Assembly: GCA_951406725.2 (NCBI GenBank) | Contig: OX597814.1 | Location: 159,836,001 to 159,900,000, forward strand | DNA: 64,000 bases | Direction: 5' to 3' | Origin: Octopus vulgaris | Lineage: Eukaryota | Shown: positions 12,513 to 25,991 of the stretch, one piece after another | How the letters are laid out: each line of letters begins with the position of its first letter | Position numbering within the stretch: position 1 is the first letter of the stretch | Position numbers and translations under genes: made by a program | The notes under the pieces: model-generated | The model's database searches: none | What the model saw: only the letters and a program-made list of their open reading frames with translations | What the model was told of the DNA's origin: nothing

Positions 12513-12926
12513 CGAGCACGTTCTTAATTGCTTTATCTAACATGCTACTGTCAACTTAAATTGCTTGTCTCACCATAGGGTGAACATGAGGTAGCCCTTG
12601 TATATTGTATACATTCTCCACATTTTGTGATAACATCAGCCTTTTATGATAACACTTCTGTACAACTTTCTTGTCTTCTATACTGATGGTGAGTATGTCT
12701 CCATCGTCCAAATACATTTCTCACTTTTGATATCTCAGTTTTTTCTCACACATCGTCTTGCAATCTTGAACTCTTTATACCTTTGTTCTTCACATTGCAG
12801 GACCTGCACAAATCTCTTCCTTTATACTTCACTCTAAGCCAAGCCTACCTATCTTCTAGCTGTCCCTCAAGCTATTTGATAATGCTTCCTACTGATGGAT
12901 GTAAAAATAAACATATAAAAAATATA

Positions 12927-13320
12927 TCTTTATATATAAAAGAGAGGTTGTGTGCTGTCTGTCTCCTACGATTTAGATTCCTAACTACTCCCACATTTTG
13001 CGGTGCAGTTTAACCAAAACCTGGTATCTTATAGTCATGATTCATATCGAGCCCTTCTGGGTACTAGCGTGCATCTATGATGAGTCTACGATTTAAAAAA
13101 AATTTACCATCAATTTTTCACATTTTTAATGCATTTTTAGCATATATAAGGGAAGTAACTCTCTAAAAATTTATTATTAAATCTCAGAACATAAAAAGCT
13201 ACAGTAACACCCATCCTTTGTGGTTAGCCATATTGAGATGGCTATTATACTTTACATCTCTAAAAATGCTTATATAGTTATTTCCCTTACAAACCCGAGC
13301 AATGCCGGGTGATACTGCTA

Positions 13321-13321
<1 letters not shown>
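12927..13321 (+). mobile_element. Non-autonomous Helitron (395 bp)
   Basis: A|TC 5' end (TCTTTATATATAAAA), subterminal hairpin CCCGAGCAATGCCGGG (13294-13309), CTAG|T 3' end, no TSD. Confidence 0.8.
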
Positions 13322-13366
<45 letters not shown>

Positions 13367-13509
13367 TGACCAGCTACTGACATAAACAATAAAAAACAGA
13401 AACCATGAAACGGGTAGAAGCGAAGCTCGAAAAGACTTGGGAAATGATTTTCTTAGACTGGCCAGACTTTATTGTGTTCTCATCAGTTGTATTTTCCTTT
13501 CTTCTACAG

Positions 13510-13592
13510 GACAAGGATTTGGATGAAAGCATTGATAAAGATCGGCTGTACCGTATACTAAAAGGCCATGGAGAGTATCCTGAGAAATACAG
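13510..13592 (+). CDS. TBC1D31: TBC1D31 exon (TBC start): DKDLDESIDKDRLYRILKGHGEYPEKY
   Basis: ctacAG / GTtaga, 83 nt. Confidence 0.92.
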
Positions 13593-14148
13593 GTTAGAGA
13601 TTTGGAATATTTGATTGAAGAGTAATTAAACTTTAGATAAACATTATGTGTTAATGCTATTTCCTGCTAAATCCAACAGTATATATTAGTTTTTGTTTTT
13701 GATTTAGTCGGAAGTGCAGTGCTCATAACCTTTGTTGGGGTATCTGAGTCAAGAAGGATGAAGTGAAAAAGTTGTCTTCACACCAGAGACTTGGCCTAAC
13801 TGCATGTAACAGTGATCTCTATTAAAGGCATCCAAAAGCAAGGTGGTGACTCCAAATTCAATGATGGATTAAGTCTGCTACTCAGTAACAAGAATGTCTC
13901 CTCCAACTGACTTCCACATAGTTTCCGTCTATCACATTTCACTTATAAAGCTTTGGTTGACTCAAGGCTATGACAAGAGACACCCAAGGTGTCACGATGA
14001 TAGGATTGGACCTAAAACTTCATAGTTTCAAAATGAACTTCTTAATCTTACAGTCTTAACAGAAATCTAAATCTAAATTAAACATTTTAATTTCTACTTT
14101 TGATAATATTTATTAGGTTACAAACTTTTGTCATGTTGTTTTATACAG

Positions 14149-14295
14149 ATTTTTCATCTGGAGACAATTGCTGAAATTGCCTGAGAACCACACAGCTTAT
14201 GCTGCTCTTGTTGACAAAGGGAACCACTCATCATTTATCACTTTGCAAGAGTATTATCCAGTCAAGAGTCAAAGACTGTTTAGATTATTGCAGAG
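14149..14295 (+). CDS. TBC1D31: TBC1D31 exon (TBC): FFIWRQLLKLPENHTAYAALVDKGNHSSFITLQEYYPVKSQRLFRLLQ
   Basis: atacAG / GTaata, 147 nt. Confidence 0.94.
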
Positions 14296-14704
14296 GTAAT
14301 ATTCTTGTACATTTAAACATTTTTCTATTTGAAAAAACAGGGACTATTTCAGTCATCTCAGCAAGAGAAAATCTGCCTTAATACAACTCTAGGTGACCCA
14401 TGCCAGCATGAAAAAATGGACATTAAAATGATAATGATGGTGATGATGATGATATGTGTGTATGTGTGTGTAGGGAGGCTATATTCAACTAGTTTAATAA
14501 ATGGTATTATATCAAAAACTGTAACTTAGCCGTTCAGTGTATGTATTAGTGTGTATTTATATATGTGTGCATATATCTCTTCTCTTTTTAATCATTCAAA
14601 TTAAGTTCTATGTATGTGTGGGTTTTGAGTGAGTGAGAGAAAGAGAGAGAGAGAGATAAGGAACTGACTAAAATACGTACTGGTGTTGATATAATTGACT
14701 AAAA

Positions 14705-14930
14705 GGCAGTGAGCTGGCAGAAGCATTAGCACGCCGGGCGAAATGCTTAGCGGTATTTCGTCTGCCATTACGTTCTGAGTTCAAATTCTGCTGGGCCCAC
14801 TTTGCCTTTCATCCTTTCGGGGTCAATTAAATAAGTACCACTTATGCACTGGGTCGATATAATCGACTTAATCCGTTTGTCTGTCCTTGTTTGTCCCCTC
14901 TATGTTTAGCCCCTTGTGGGCAGTAAAGAA
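14705..14930 (+). mobile_element. SINE family A (Deu/Nin-like GCCTTTCATCCTTTCGGGGTC domain) with 16-bp TSD
   Basis: ATAT(A/G)ATTGACTAAAA at 14689-14704 and 14931-14946; B-box-like GAGTTCAAATTC. Other copies about 812-1022, 18131-18345, 34777-34977 (+) and 6895-7295, 10030-10470, 39808-40026, 42700-42865 (-). Confidence 0.85.
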
Positions 14931-15895
14931 ATATGATTGACTAAAACCCTTCAAAACCGTAACCCATCATGGTTGCTATTTCTGTATCTGAAACCATTAA
15001 AACAAGTGTCAGTAGTGTTATGGACTTAGTTTTAATTTTAATATCCAATTCCATGACTCTGTTATGGTTTTCTACACGACTTCTAAATTTTTCATTCTTC
15101 CTATGTTTATCAATTTTCTTTTTGTAATGTATATTTTAAAACAGAAGAAAAGCTTACAAAACAAACCTTGTCATAAAGCAAGGAGTTTTTATTCTACAGT
15201 TATATACATTGAACCTCCAAGCTGACCTTCTGTTCATGTGGATTGTAAATAATACCACTACAACCCAATTTGTGTCAATGTGAAGACAAACATATACACA
15301 AATGCACACGCAAGCACACACATGCACACACACACACACACACATGCATGCAACAGGTTCCATTATAGTTTCCATCTACTAAGTTTCGCTCACAAAACAT
15401 TGGTCAATCCAGGGTTATAGTCAAAGTGAAAGCAAATAACCTAGGGGTTTGGGTATTCATCTTGTGATCCTAAAGTCATGAGTTTGATTTCAGGTGGTAC
15501 ATTTTGTTCTTCAGCAAGACACTTTATTTTATATTGCTCCAGTTCACTCAGTTGGAAAAAATGAGTAGTACCTGTATTTCAAAGGGCCAGCCTTGTCACA
15601 CTCTGTGTCATGCCGAATTCCCCTGAGAACTACTTAAAGGGTACACGTGTTTGTAGAGTGCTCAGCCAGTTGCACGTTAATTGGCTGTTCCATTGATCAG
15701 ATCAGCTGGAACCCTTGTCACCATAACCAACAGACTGCCAGTTATAGTTAAAAACATTTGCATAAGTGCCACATTGTGGTTAAGTAGTGAATGTCTTATC
15801 CACACATCCATGCCTATGTCTACATTTGAGCTTTAAAATCTAATTTATGCCAATGCTAATGAATTGGTTAGAGTGTAACTTTTGTTTCTTTGTAG

Positions 15896-16029
15896 GGTTC
15901 TGTCAGCTTTAGCCCATTGGTCTCCAATTTTAGCTGAAACCAAATATTTACCTGCTCTGGTGTTTCCATTCCTAAAAGTGTTTTACCAAAATCATTTATG
16001 TTGTTTTGAGATAGTTGCCACCTTCATCA
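15896..16029 (+). CDS. TBC1D31: TBC1D31 exon (TBC): VLSALAHWSPILAETKYLPALVFPFLKVFYQNHLCCFEIVATFI
   Basis: ttgtAG / GTaagt, 134 nt. Confidence 0.94.
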
Positions 16030-16123
16030 GTAAGTTAATACTTTTCTCTGATAATCTTTGTTAAATAATTATTTCTTTATTTCCAAAAACTGTTTATAAT
16101 GAAACCATCATATGATTGTATTA

Positions 16124-17410
16124 AATAATAATAATGAAATTATTGTATACAGTGCTCAGGTGCACCACAACTTGTCAGAAAGTGCATATAAAGTACATGC
16201 AGTAATGTAAAAATGTCTGGAAAGCGAACAATGTATGAGTCAGATACATGCTTGTGTATGTAAGGAGGGGAGAAAATCAGGTGTAGTGTTGGCGAATCTC
16301 AGAAAGCATGGAAGTTTTGAAGGATGCAGTGCTCCGACAACTAACAACTGATGCCGGCAGTTTGTTCCATGCTTCAGCAACTCTTAGCATGAAAAAATGT
16401 TTCCTGAAGTCATGGGAGCTGTGCTGTTTTCTGACTTTGTAAATATGTCTACGGGTGTTAGATGGGTGGAGTTTGAAAAGGTGCTCAGAGTTATTGTTTG
16501 TACGATGGTTGATAATTTTATGGGTGTCTGCCAAGTCAGCTGCCAGATGTTGGAGTTTCAATGTGTCCATGCCCAGGGAAGTAAGGCGTTCAGGATATGG
16601 CAAATGCCTGATGGAGGGTATTCTTTTGGTTGCACGTTGCTGAACAGCTTCCAGACGATTGATATCCTGGGCAAGATAGGGGTTCCAGACCGGTGATGCA
16701 AACTCCAAGTGAGGTCTTACCATAGCTATATAAAGCTGCAGATAGATAGCCGGAGAGCGGCTCACAAAGGATTTAGTGAGTGATGCCAAGACACCCTCAG
16801 CCTTCTTGACAATTTTAGCGATGTGCTTTGTCCAACGCAAATCACTGTCGACAATAACACCCAGGTCACGTTCACATGAAGACTTTTTGAGACTAGTGTT
16901 GTGGAGGGAGTAGGTGGATGCTGGGTTTCTCCTCCCAAAATGCATGGTGGTACATTTGTCCACAGCCAGCTTGAGTTGCCAGTCCATGATCCACTGCTGC
17001 ATTGTGTCCAGATCTGCTTGCAATAGAGATCTATAGTGTACAGGATTTGACCTCTTTATTTCGAGGTACAGCTTGATGTCATCTGCATATTTCAGCACTG
17101 TGGCATTCTTTAAGTTGGCATCTATGTCATTAAATATGCAACAAATAAAAGGAGGCCAAGAATAGATCCCTGTGGTACACCAGATGTCATCTCATAGGGC
17201 GAAGAGTGCTGACCTAGAACTGTGACAACCTCTTTTCGGCCGAAAATAAAAGACTTCAACCAGTTATAGAGTTCGTCTCTTACACCCAACGCAGAAAGCT
17301 TCACCATAAGTCTTTTGTGTGGCACAGAGTTAAAAGCCTTAGCAAAGTCCAGGTAAACAACATCCACCCAGGATCCGTGATCAGTGATTTGGGTAACGTC
17401 CTCAAGAAAG
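16124..17410 (-). mobile_element. CR1-clade LINE, 5'-truncated, RT frameshifted near 17133
   Basis: YLDFAKAFNSVPH, GVPQGSILG, YADD, RPHLEFASPVWNP, RKHFF..RV...WNKLP across ORFs 17122..17367 and 16277..17098; (ATT)n tail. Confidence 0.93.
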
Positions 17411-19071
17411 ATTGTAATAACTAATTTCTATACTTTGAGGTTTTACACCTTGACAGTAGACTTAACCAGACATCCTGTAAATAGGTGAGGGTTCTCTCTG
17501 TAGCAAAAGACTTCATAAATTATTGAAGCCAAGGTTAAGATTTTTATAATATTGATTTATTTCATTAATATATCTATTATTTTTCTGCCACTTTGCCAGG
17601 AGCCTTTTATGGAATCCACAATATTTGAAACAGTCTAACCTTCTCTCTGCTCTGAAGTTAACTTCTTCCTGTTGGTCTTGGAGGCCCTAAAAAGGGTCAT
17701 GGACATGACCTTTTATCCTCTGATTAAGACATAAAAAAGAAAAATACAAAAACAAGTCACTTACAGAGGGACTTATTAAGCTAAGCGCTAGACAAAATGT
17801 TTTACAGCAATTATTTTAAACTTTTCAAGTTTGTATTCAAGTTCCCTGGGACTAACTTTGACTTTCATCTGTCTGGCTTTCATAAAATAAATACCAATAA
17901 TGCATTATTGACATCCATTCATTTGCTATTATAATATTATATAAAAAATTATTTTAAAAAACTGCAAATAATTGTACAAAATAAATCAATAATTATAGAG
18001 TTATCAACTTTAAAATTACTACAGTTCAACTGAAGTCTGTCATTTATTACAGTATATCATATGATGTTACATCCCTAGCCTGTCTAGTTATATATTGTTG
18101 AACAAACTATTAATATTATAACAATAACAAAGGCAGCAAGCTGGCAGAATCATTAGTATAGCAGGCGAAATACTTAGAAGCATTTCATCTGTCTTCACAT
18201 TCTGAGTTCAAATTCTGCCATGGCCAACTTTGCCTTTCATCATTTAGGTATCGATAAAATAAGTACCTGTTGAACAGTGAGGGTCGATGTAATCGACTTA
18301 ACCCTTTCCCTGAAATTGCTGGCCTTGTGCCAAAATTTGAAACCAAAATTATGACATTTACATATTCTATGATCATAGGAATATTAGGCATATTTATGCA
18401 CCATTTGTTTGTAAGCTTATCTTGTAAAGTAATTCATTCATTACTAGTGAAAAATAATTCTAAAAATGTCTATTTCTATAGCAAGAGCCATAGAATACTG
18501 TTAAATTTCCAGAAAGCCATATCTGTTACTTAACCTTGATTCTTTGTTATGACTGTTTAATTTACATAATTAATCCCATCGATACGGGACTACACTTGCC
18601 TCCATGATATCCTACTGTTTGGTTGTTTATTTAAGAAGCAGTGTATCTCTCTGGTATATAATACATCTGTTTTTGCTATTCAGTTTGATCATAAATTATC
18701 AAAAGCTCCAATAAAGATGAGTAAGGTGAACTCAGCCACTGCATAATAATCTCACTGATAAAAATGGACTATAGTATTTTGTTATTGTTGTTGTTTTGCT
18801 GTAAGTACATCCTAAGACCAGCGGCTTCTCAACTGTGGCCAACCTATGTTATCAAAACACTTAGAACTATATTATGCTATATTTCCTTCCTATTTTAAGA
18901 TATTCAAGTGTGATTTGAAGAAGCATTTCTAGCAGATCAAAGAACCACAGAGCCCCACCTCCACCACGACGTTCTCTTTTCTGTGTATTTTGCGTTTGCC
19001 GAACAAAGTTTAAAATTAATGTAATTTCATTAAGAAAAATATTTATTGTTATTAATTTCTTTATTTTCAAG

Positions 19072-19205
19072 TTAACTGGTGTGGTCATTGGTTTGAATAT
19101 TTCCCTAATCCTCCAATTAATATTCTTGGAATGATTGAGAACGTCCTTTCACGACATGATCCCACTCTCTTGAGGCATCTGATTAAATACAAAGTCACAT
19201 CTCAG
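19072..19205 (+). CDS. TBC1D31: TBC1D31 exon (TBC): NWCGHWFEYFPNPPINILGMIENVLSRHDPTLLRHLIKYKVTSQ
   Basis: ttttcaAG / GTatat, 134 nt. Confidence 0.94.
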
Positions 19206-19664
19206 GTATATATATATCATCATTATCATCTACATCTGTGTGTGTGTGCACGCATATGTATGTATATCAGTTGTCAGTTTTCCCTTGTATTGCATTTAAT
19301 AATTAATTTCTGTATACACACTGTCAGTTTTCCAAACTATACATATGATGTTGGGCTGCCTACATGCACACCACCAACTGACCTTTCTCTCACTGCCCAC
19401 AAACAATCAAATCTGGGTCTGAGAATAGTTCAGGATTTTGCTATATTACTTCCTACTGCAGCAAACCATGAACTACATCTTCCTCTGACCAGTCTTGAAA
19501 GTTCTTTGGAAAGGTCATGATCTCTGCTCCTACCTCTCTGACTTAACCCATTGAAAAAAGAATTAATAAATTACAGTACCCTACTTTTATGCTTTTATTT
19601 GCAAAAAGCCTTCTAGAATGTAGCATATGTAACTGAGGTAGTATCCAATTAAAATAGCCCTCTA

Positions 19665-19923
19665 CAACCGTGGCTAAAAGTTTTGAACATTTAAAAAAAA
19701 ATTTAAATTGTTATGCCCAAATACAATTCAATTCAAATATGTACAATGTAGAGATATACTTACCTAATAATTGATCCAATGGTTCAATATCTAGAAGAAA
19801 ATATTTTCAGACCTTTGTTCCAAACTTTTGGCCAAGTAATGATACAAATTCAATACAGCTTTGAGCATTTAGTACAAAAATTCTAATTTTCACACCTATG
19901 TTCCAAACTTTTGGCCACAAGTG
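19665..19923. mobile_element. Tc1-type MITE (259 bp) with TA TSD
   Basis: TIRs CAACCGTGGCTAAAAGTTTTGAACAT / ATGTTCCAAACTTTTGGCCACAAGTG; an internal copy of the TIR core at 19816-19834. Confidence 0.8.
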
Positions 19924-20857
19924 TATGTTTCCTACTTAATGTATATACATCATTGCTAGGCCAGTTACATATCTTATGGACATGCTGTGTTAAACGGTAA
20001 TACATATTGAATAGAGGAGAAAAATTGCCCTAACATCAGCCCAGTGAGAACACCAGATGCGTTTCAAACTTTTTGAAACTTTGCAATGATGCATACACAC
20101 AACCAATGATGTGCCCAGTGGAGAATTCATTACCTCTGATATATGAAACAATGAATAAAATATATACTTATGTTGCCTGGTTGAGAATTCATTGCCCACA
20201 TTAATATGAAGTGTTATCTCAGGACAAATTTTGAAATAACAGGCTTATCAATAATGTACATATATTATGATACATATCTTTTATTTTTTATGTTTTACTT
20301 CTTTCATTCATTGGACTGTAACCATGCTGGGGCACTGCAGTACATATCAACCCCAACATTAATTTTTTTAAAAAGTCTGGTGCTTATTTTATTGGTCTTT
20401 TTTGCTGAACCACTAAGTTATGGAGGCATAAACAAACCAATACTGGCTGTTAAGCAGTGGTGGGACACAAACACAATGACACATACATGCATATGTACAC
20501 ACACACAAACAACAGGCTATGGGCTTCTTTCAGTTTCCATCTACCAAATCCACTCACAAGGCTTTGGTCAGCTTAGGGCTATAACAGAAGACATTTGCCC
20601 AAGGTGCCACATAGTGGAACTGAACCTAGAACTATGCTACTGGGAAGCAAACTTCTAATCCCATGGCCACTCTTGCACCTATTGATGGCCATTCTTGAAA
20701 AAAATCTTTGCAACAAATCAGGGATACAAAAAATGTACAGAAGACTATAATAATAGGAGGAGGTGTGTAGTTAAGAAGTTAACTTTACAACCATATGGTT
20801 TCAGGGGGTTCAATCCCTTTGTATGGCATCATGAATGTGTTTTTCTAAAGCCTTGGG

Positions 20858-21340
20858 ATCATCATCATCATCATTGTTCGACCGTGGTCGAGACAATGGA
20901 ATTTACTATGCTGCGCCAGACTTCACGGTCCATCATGGCATTGCGGAGGTCCTGTCGCTGGATGCCTGTATCCCTGGAGATTACATCAGTGTTGCGAGTA
21001 GATGGCTTCCAGAGGAGAAGAGTAGAAATTGCCTCGTTTTCAGCTCTACAACAATGTCCAGCAAACTGGACTCTCCTACCTTTCACAAGAGATGACACAG
21101 GTGGTAGTTTCCCAAATATTTGCATTTTGGTTGGATGATGCTTCCACGAGAGATTTTGAGCTCTCATAAGGAGGCGAGTGTAGGTTCCATCCAACCGCCT
21201 CTCAAGCTTCTTTGATAACGTCCAGGTTTCTGAGCCATATAGTAGAATTGGTTTGACTGTGGCTTTGAAGATTTCAAGTTTGAAGTCTCTACTTAGATTT
21301 GATGACCAGATCTTATGCATGTCATGGGATGACCAGTACC
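20858..21340 (-). mobile_element. Second RTE-type LINE 3' fragment nested in a family-B SINE (about 20755-21590)
   Basis: KLEIFKATVKPILLYGSETWTLSKKLERRLDGTYTRLLM...QFAGHCCR; the stop codon runs into the (TGA)n tail; possible TSD CCTTG(G/C)GA. Confidence 0.85.
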
Positions 21341-22374
21341 TTGCGAGCGAAACTAGTGGACTGGAACTGTGCAGAAGGCCATCACATGTGTTTGTGTGTG
21401 TGCATGTGTTCATATGTATTTGTGTTTCTGTCACTGCTTGACAAACACTGTTTTTATTCTATGACCTAGCAGTTCAACAAATAGTGGATGATAAGTGATA
21501 GATTTATAAATAAGAGCTGGTTGAATAAAATCCTTCTTAGCATTGCTCCAGTATGACCACTGTCCAATGACTGAAATAAGTAAAGGAATAAAATGAAGAA
21601 CATTTTATTTTTATTTTATTCATTTCCTCTGTGTTTATGTTGTTATTTCTTTTTTTTATATTTATTGAAATTTAAATCTTATTAGATGTTTTCAAATTAG
21701 CTTCCAGAACTAAAACTGTGTGGCCAAATTGAAATATTGTAAGTTTCTATGGCAACAAAATATGTAAACCAAACAGTATTATAACATTTGTAACTAATGC
21801 TATGAATCCCAACATATTGAGTGATCAGTTGTAAGAAGGCCTTTTGTTTTGTTTTGTTTTTTTTTTGCTTTTGCATGAGTTATCTATCCTATTAAAAATG
21901 GGACATTTTTGCTGTCTCAACATCATGTGATCCAAGCAGTTAATATATTCATTATTTGTTAAGTCAAGAGAAGAGTGCTCAGATAAATTTTTAGGCTTCA
22001 TCAACGAGGAGGGGAGATAACTGACTGAAGTTAGTTTTTTTTTTTGTTACCATATTATAGCTATAAGGAAAACATGGACTAAAAAGTTCTAAAAGAGAGC
22101 AGTTATTGGGAGAAAATGGGATCATCATCATTATCATCATCATCATTTATCGTCTGTTTTCCACACAGGCATTGGTTGGACGATTTGAGAGGAGCTGTCC
22201 AGTTGGAGAGCTGCATCAGGCTCCAATTGTTTGTTTTAACATGGTTTCTATGGCTGGATGTCCTTCCTAATGCCAGCCACTTTACAGAATGGACTGGGTG
22301 CTCCTTATGTAGAACCAGCATAAGTGTTTTATACATGGCACCAGCACTGGTGCTTTATATATAGAACTGGTGTT

Positions 22375-22776
22375 GAGCTGGCAGAATCGTTAGCACACCG
22401 GGCGAAATGCTTAGCGGTATTTCGTCTTCCGCTACGTTCTGAGTACAAATTCCGCTGAAGTCGACTTTGCCTTTCATCCTTTTGGGGTCAATTAAATAAG
22501 TACCAGTTACACACTGGGGTCGATATAATCGACTTAATCCGTTTGTTTGTCCTCTCTGTGTTTAGCCCCTTGTGGGTAGTAAAGAAATAGGTATTTCATC
22601 TTCCGCTACGTTCTGAGTTCAAATTCCGCTGAGGTCAACTTTTCCTTTCATCCTTTCGGGGTCGATTAAATAAGTACCAGTTATGCACTGGGGATCGATA
22701 TAATTGATTTAATCCGTTTGTCTCTCCTTGTTTGTCCCCTCTGTGTGTAGTCCCTTGTGGGCAATAAAGAAATAAG
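22375..22776 (+). mobile_element. SINE family A with one head and two tandem bodies, nested in a (GAT)n-tailed repeat
   Basis: The body restarts at GGTATTTC (about 22590); GAACTGG on both flanks. Confidence 0.85.
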
Positions 22777-23354
22777 GAACTGGCACAGGTTCTTTTTACT
22801 TGGCACCAGCACAGGTGCTTTTTGTGTGGCACTGGCATAAAAGTTTAATTTAAGATTAAAAATATAAGAGTAGATGAGGTTCATAAATGTACTAACAAAT
22901 ATACAGAAATGAAGTGTGTGTGTGTGTATGTGTTAAGTCTTGAATAAGGGTAAGGGGTATAGACCCTCTTCAGTCATGAATGACCATGAGATTGCAGCTA
23001 GAAAGTTCCCCTCTGTAACACAAGTCCAGGCAAGGTTGTTTATGGAAGACCAGCAATTGCCCATGCATACCAGCCTCCCTCTTCACACCAATGATCTTAT
23101 TCAAGAGAAAGACAAAGGCAGATACAACTTGGCACCAGTGACATTGCAATTCATTTCTACAGCTGAGTGAACTGGAGCAACATGAAATAAAGCATCTTGC
23201 TTAAGACACAACACAGCCTGGTCCAGGAATTGAACTCACTGCCTCATAATTGAGCCCAACACTTTAACCACTGAGTCATGTGCCTTGGATACTTTTGGTA
23301 TTTTTAAAAGTTTAAAAAAACTAGATTTTCTTTAATAGAATAGACAGAAGATGA

Positions 23355-23565
23355 AGGCATCGAGCTGGCAGAAACGTTAGCACGCTGGGGAGATGCTTAT
23401 CGGTAGTTTGTCTGTCTTTACGTTCTGAGTTCAAATTCCACCGAGGTCAACTTTGCCTTTCATCCTTTTGAAGTCGGTAAATTAAGTACCAGTTGCGTAC
23501 TGAGGTCGATCTAATAGACTGGCCCCCTCCCCCAAAATTTCTGGTCTTATGCCTAAAGTAGAAAA
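23355..23565 (+). mobile_element. SINE family A with 17-bp TSD
   Basis: GAATAGACAGAAGATGA at 23338-23354 and 23566-23582. Confidence 0.9.
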
Positions 23566-24191
23566 GAATAGACAGAAGATGACAGCTGATAAATATCTGT
23601 CAGATGTTATTGACAATTGGCTTTCTTATTAAGTTCAGTTAATAATATTCTACTAGCTTAAGATTCCTTAACTGCTTACAAAAGACATAAGATGGCAAAT
23701 CTTTACCGATATCCTTTCTACAATTTAAATATCGAAGATATAGTGATAATAAAGAAAATGTATAAATTTGTACAGATTTTGTGTGTATGTATGTGTGAAT
23801 GTATGTGTGTATTTGTGCATATCATTACTACTGTTTTAACATCCACTTTTCCATGCCTGCATGGATTGGGCAGAATTTGTTGATGCAGATTTTCTATGGT
23901 CAGATGCCTGTCCTGTTGCCAGCCCTCACCTATTTTCAAGGGAGATTGGAAATGAAGCATACCACTCGTATGACAATGACAGTCCTTTATAATTATCACA
24001 CAATATCAAGACAAGGAGACCCTAACACACACAAACACACATAACCGACTTCTTTTCAGTTTTCTTCTACCAGATCAACTCACAAGGCTCAGGGTCATAG
24101 CAGAAAACACATGCCCAAGGTGCCATGCTGTAGAACTGAACCTTAAACCATGGATTGGGAAGTGAACTTCTTAACCACACAGCCACAGCTG

Positions 24192-24525
24192 TATATATAT
24201 ATAATCACATCACAGTATTGACCATACCTCAGATGCTGTTATACACTGCTGATCACAATGTGCTTCCAATTCTATCTTGATTGCATCATTCTTTTCCATC
24301 TTGACCTAAATTTTTGAACTAAACCATCTTCCCATTGTCATGGAGGTCTTCCAAGTGGCCTTTTCCAATTTCTTAAATACCACTTGGAAACTGCATGAGT
24401 CCACATGTCTGTGAACCTTGCAACATGTCCAGCCCAGCAGAATTTGTGCTTTCATCGCTCTGTGATCACATCATTCATCCCGCTCCGTTCTCAAATTATC
24501 TCATTTCAAATGTGCTCTCTTAATG
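24192..24525 (-). mobile_element. Third RTE-type LINE 3' fragment with (TA)n tail
   Basis: Minus strand KFCWAGHVARFTDMWTHAVSKWYLRNWKRPLGRPP*QWED, a short 3' UTR, then (TA)n. Confidence 0.75.
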
Positions 24526-25191
24526 ATATTATCATCATCATCATTTAACGTCCTTTTTCCATGCCAGCATAGGTTGGACGGTTTTGACTGAGGGCTGGCA
24601 ACCAGATGGCTGCACCAGGCTCCAGTCTTGATCTGGCAGAGTTTCTACAGCTGGATGCCCTTCCTAACGCCAACCACTTCGAGAGTGTAGTGGGTGCTTT
24701 TTACGTGCCATCTGCACGAGGGCCAGTCAGGCGGTACTGGCAATGACCTCGCTCGAATCTTTTTACATGTGCCACCGACACAGGTGCCAGTGAAGCGACG
24801 TTGGTAACGATCATGCTCGAATAGTTTTACGTGCCATGGGTACGGAAGCCAGTTGGCTGCTCTGGCAACAATCACAACGATCACGCTCAGATGGTGTTCT
24901 TGGCACCCTACTAGCACAGGCATAAGTGCCAGTAAGGCGATGCTGGTAACGATCATACTCGAATAGCCACTCTGTCAACGATCACACTCGTATGGTGCTC
25001 TTTGCACCCCGCTAGCACGGATGCCAGTCATCGAAATGATTTTGATTTTGATTATATATGATATATATTTATATGTATCTACCAATGTATATTCTTTCTT
25101 TATTTTTTTAGTTTGTTTTGGCCATCACAGCTGAGGCTATGCTCAAGCATCATCTTTTTCTAATATAAATCTTCTTTTCTTATATCTTTAG

Positions 25192-25371
25192 ATTTATGCT
25201 TGGCCGCTTTTAGAAAGTTTGTTCACTGAAGTTTTAACCAAGAATGAATGGTTACGTCTTTGGGATCATGTTTTCAGCAACCATCCTGCATTTTTGTTAA
25301 TAGTTGTCGTAGCTTATGTCATCGGTGCTAGAGCTGCTTTGCTGAAGTGTGTCGAACTTGATGACTTCAAG
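25192..25371 (+). CDS. TBC1D31: TBC1D31 exon (TBC): IYAWPLLESLFTEVLTKNEWLRLWDHVFSNHPAFLLIVVVAYVIGARAALLKCVELDDFK
   Basis: ctttAG / GTaaat, 180 nt, RLWD TBC motif. Confidence 0.95.
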
Positions 25372-25442
25372 GTAAATATTCAATTTATATTTTCACCATG
25401 CCACAATTGGAATAATAAACTAATGGTATTTTATATGTTTGC

Positions 25443-25670
25443 GGCGAGCTGGCAGAAACGTTAGCACGCCAGGCGAAATGCTTTGCAATATTTCATCTGC
25501 CGCTACGTTCTGAGTTCAAATTCCACTGAGGTCGACTTTGCCTTTTATCCTTTCGGGGTCGATTAAATAAGTGCCAGTCATGCACTGGGGTCGATATAAT
25601 CGACTTAATCCATTTGTCTGTCCTTGTTTGTCCTCTCTGTGTTTAGCCTTTTGTGGGTAGTAAAGAAATA
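25443..25670 (+). mobile_element. SINE family A with 18-bp TSD
   Basis: GGTATTTTATATGTTTGC at 25425-25442 and 25671-25688. Confidence 0.9.
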
Positions 25671-25991
25671 GGTATTTTATATGTTTGCATGGAAGCACAT
25701 GGCTTAGCTGTTAGGGTGTTGGGCTCCTGATCATAAGATAATGGTTTCAATTCTTGGACCAGATGATACATTATGTTCTTGAGCATAACACTTCATTTCA
25801 CATTGCTCCAGTTTACTCAGCTGGTAAAAATTGAATTATCCTGCAATGGACTGGTATCCTATCCAGGGAGGAATATATACATCAGAGAAGCAAAGAAACC
25901 TTACAGATTGATGTGGACTAGCCATTTTGTATGTTTGTGTTTATGATGAACTGATATCCTGTTGATACCTTCATATGAAGTTCTATTTTAG

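Noticed and set aside
20206-20658. 150-aa ORF, and similar ORFs at 26286, 28137, 42270, 57574, 60660
   Set aside because: Translations of SINEs, microsatellites or the palindrome; the same pseudo-peptides recur in each repeat copy
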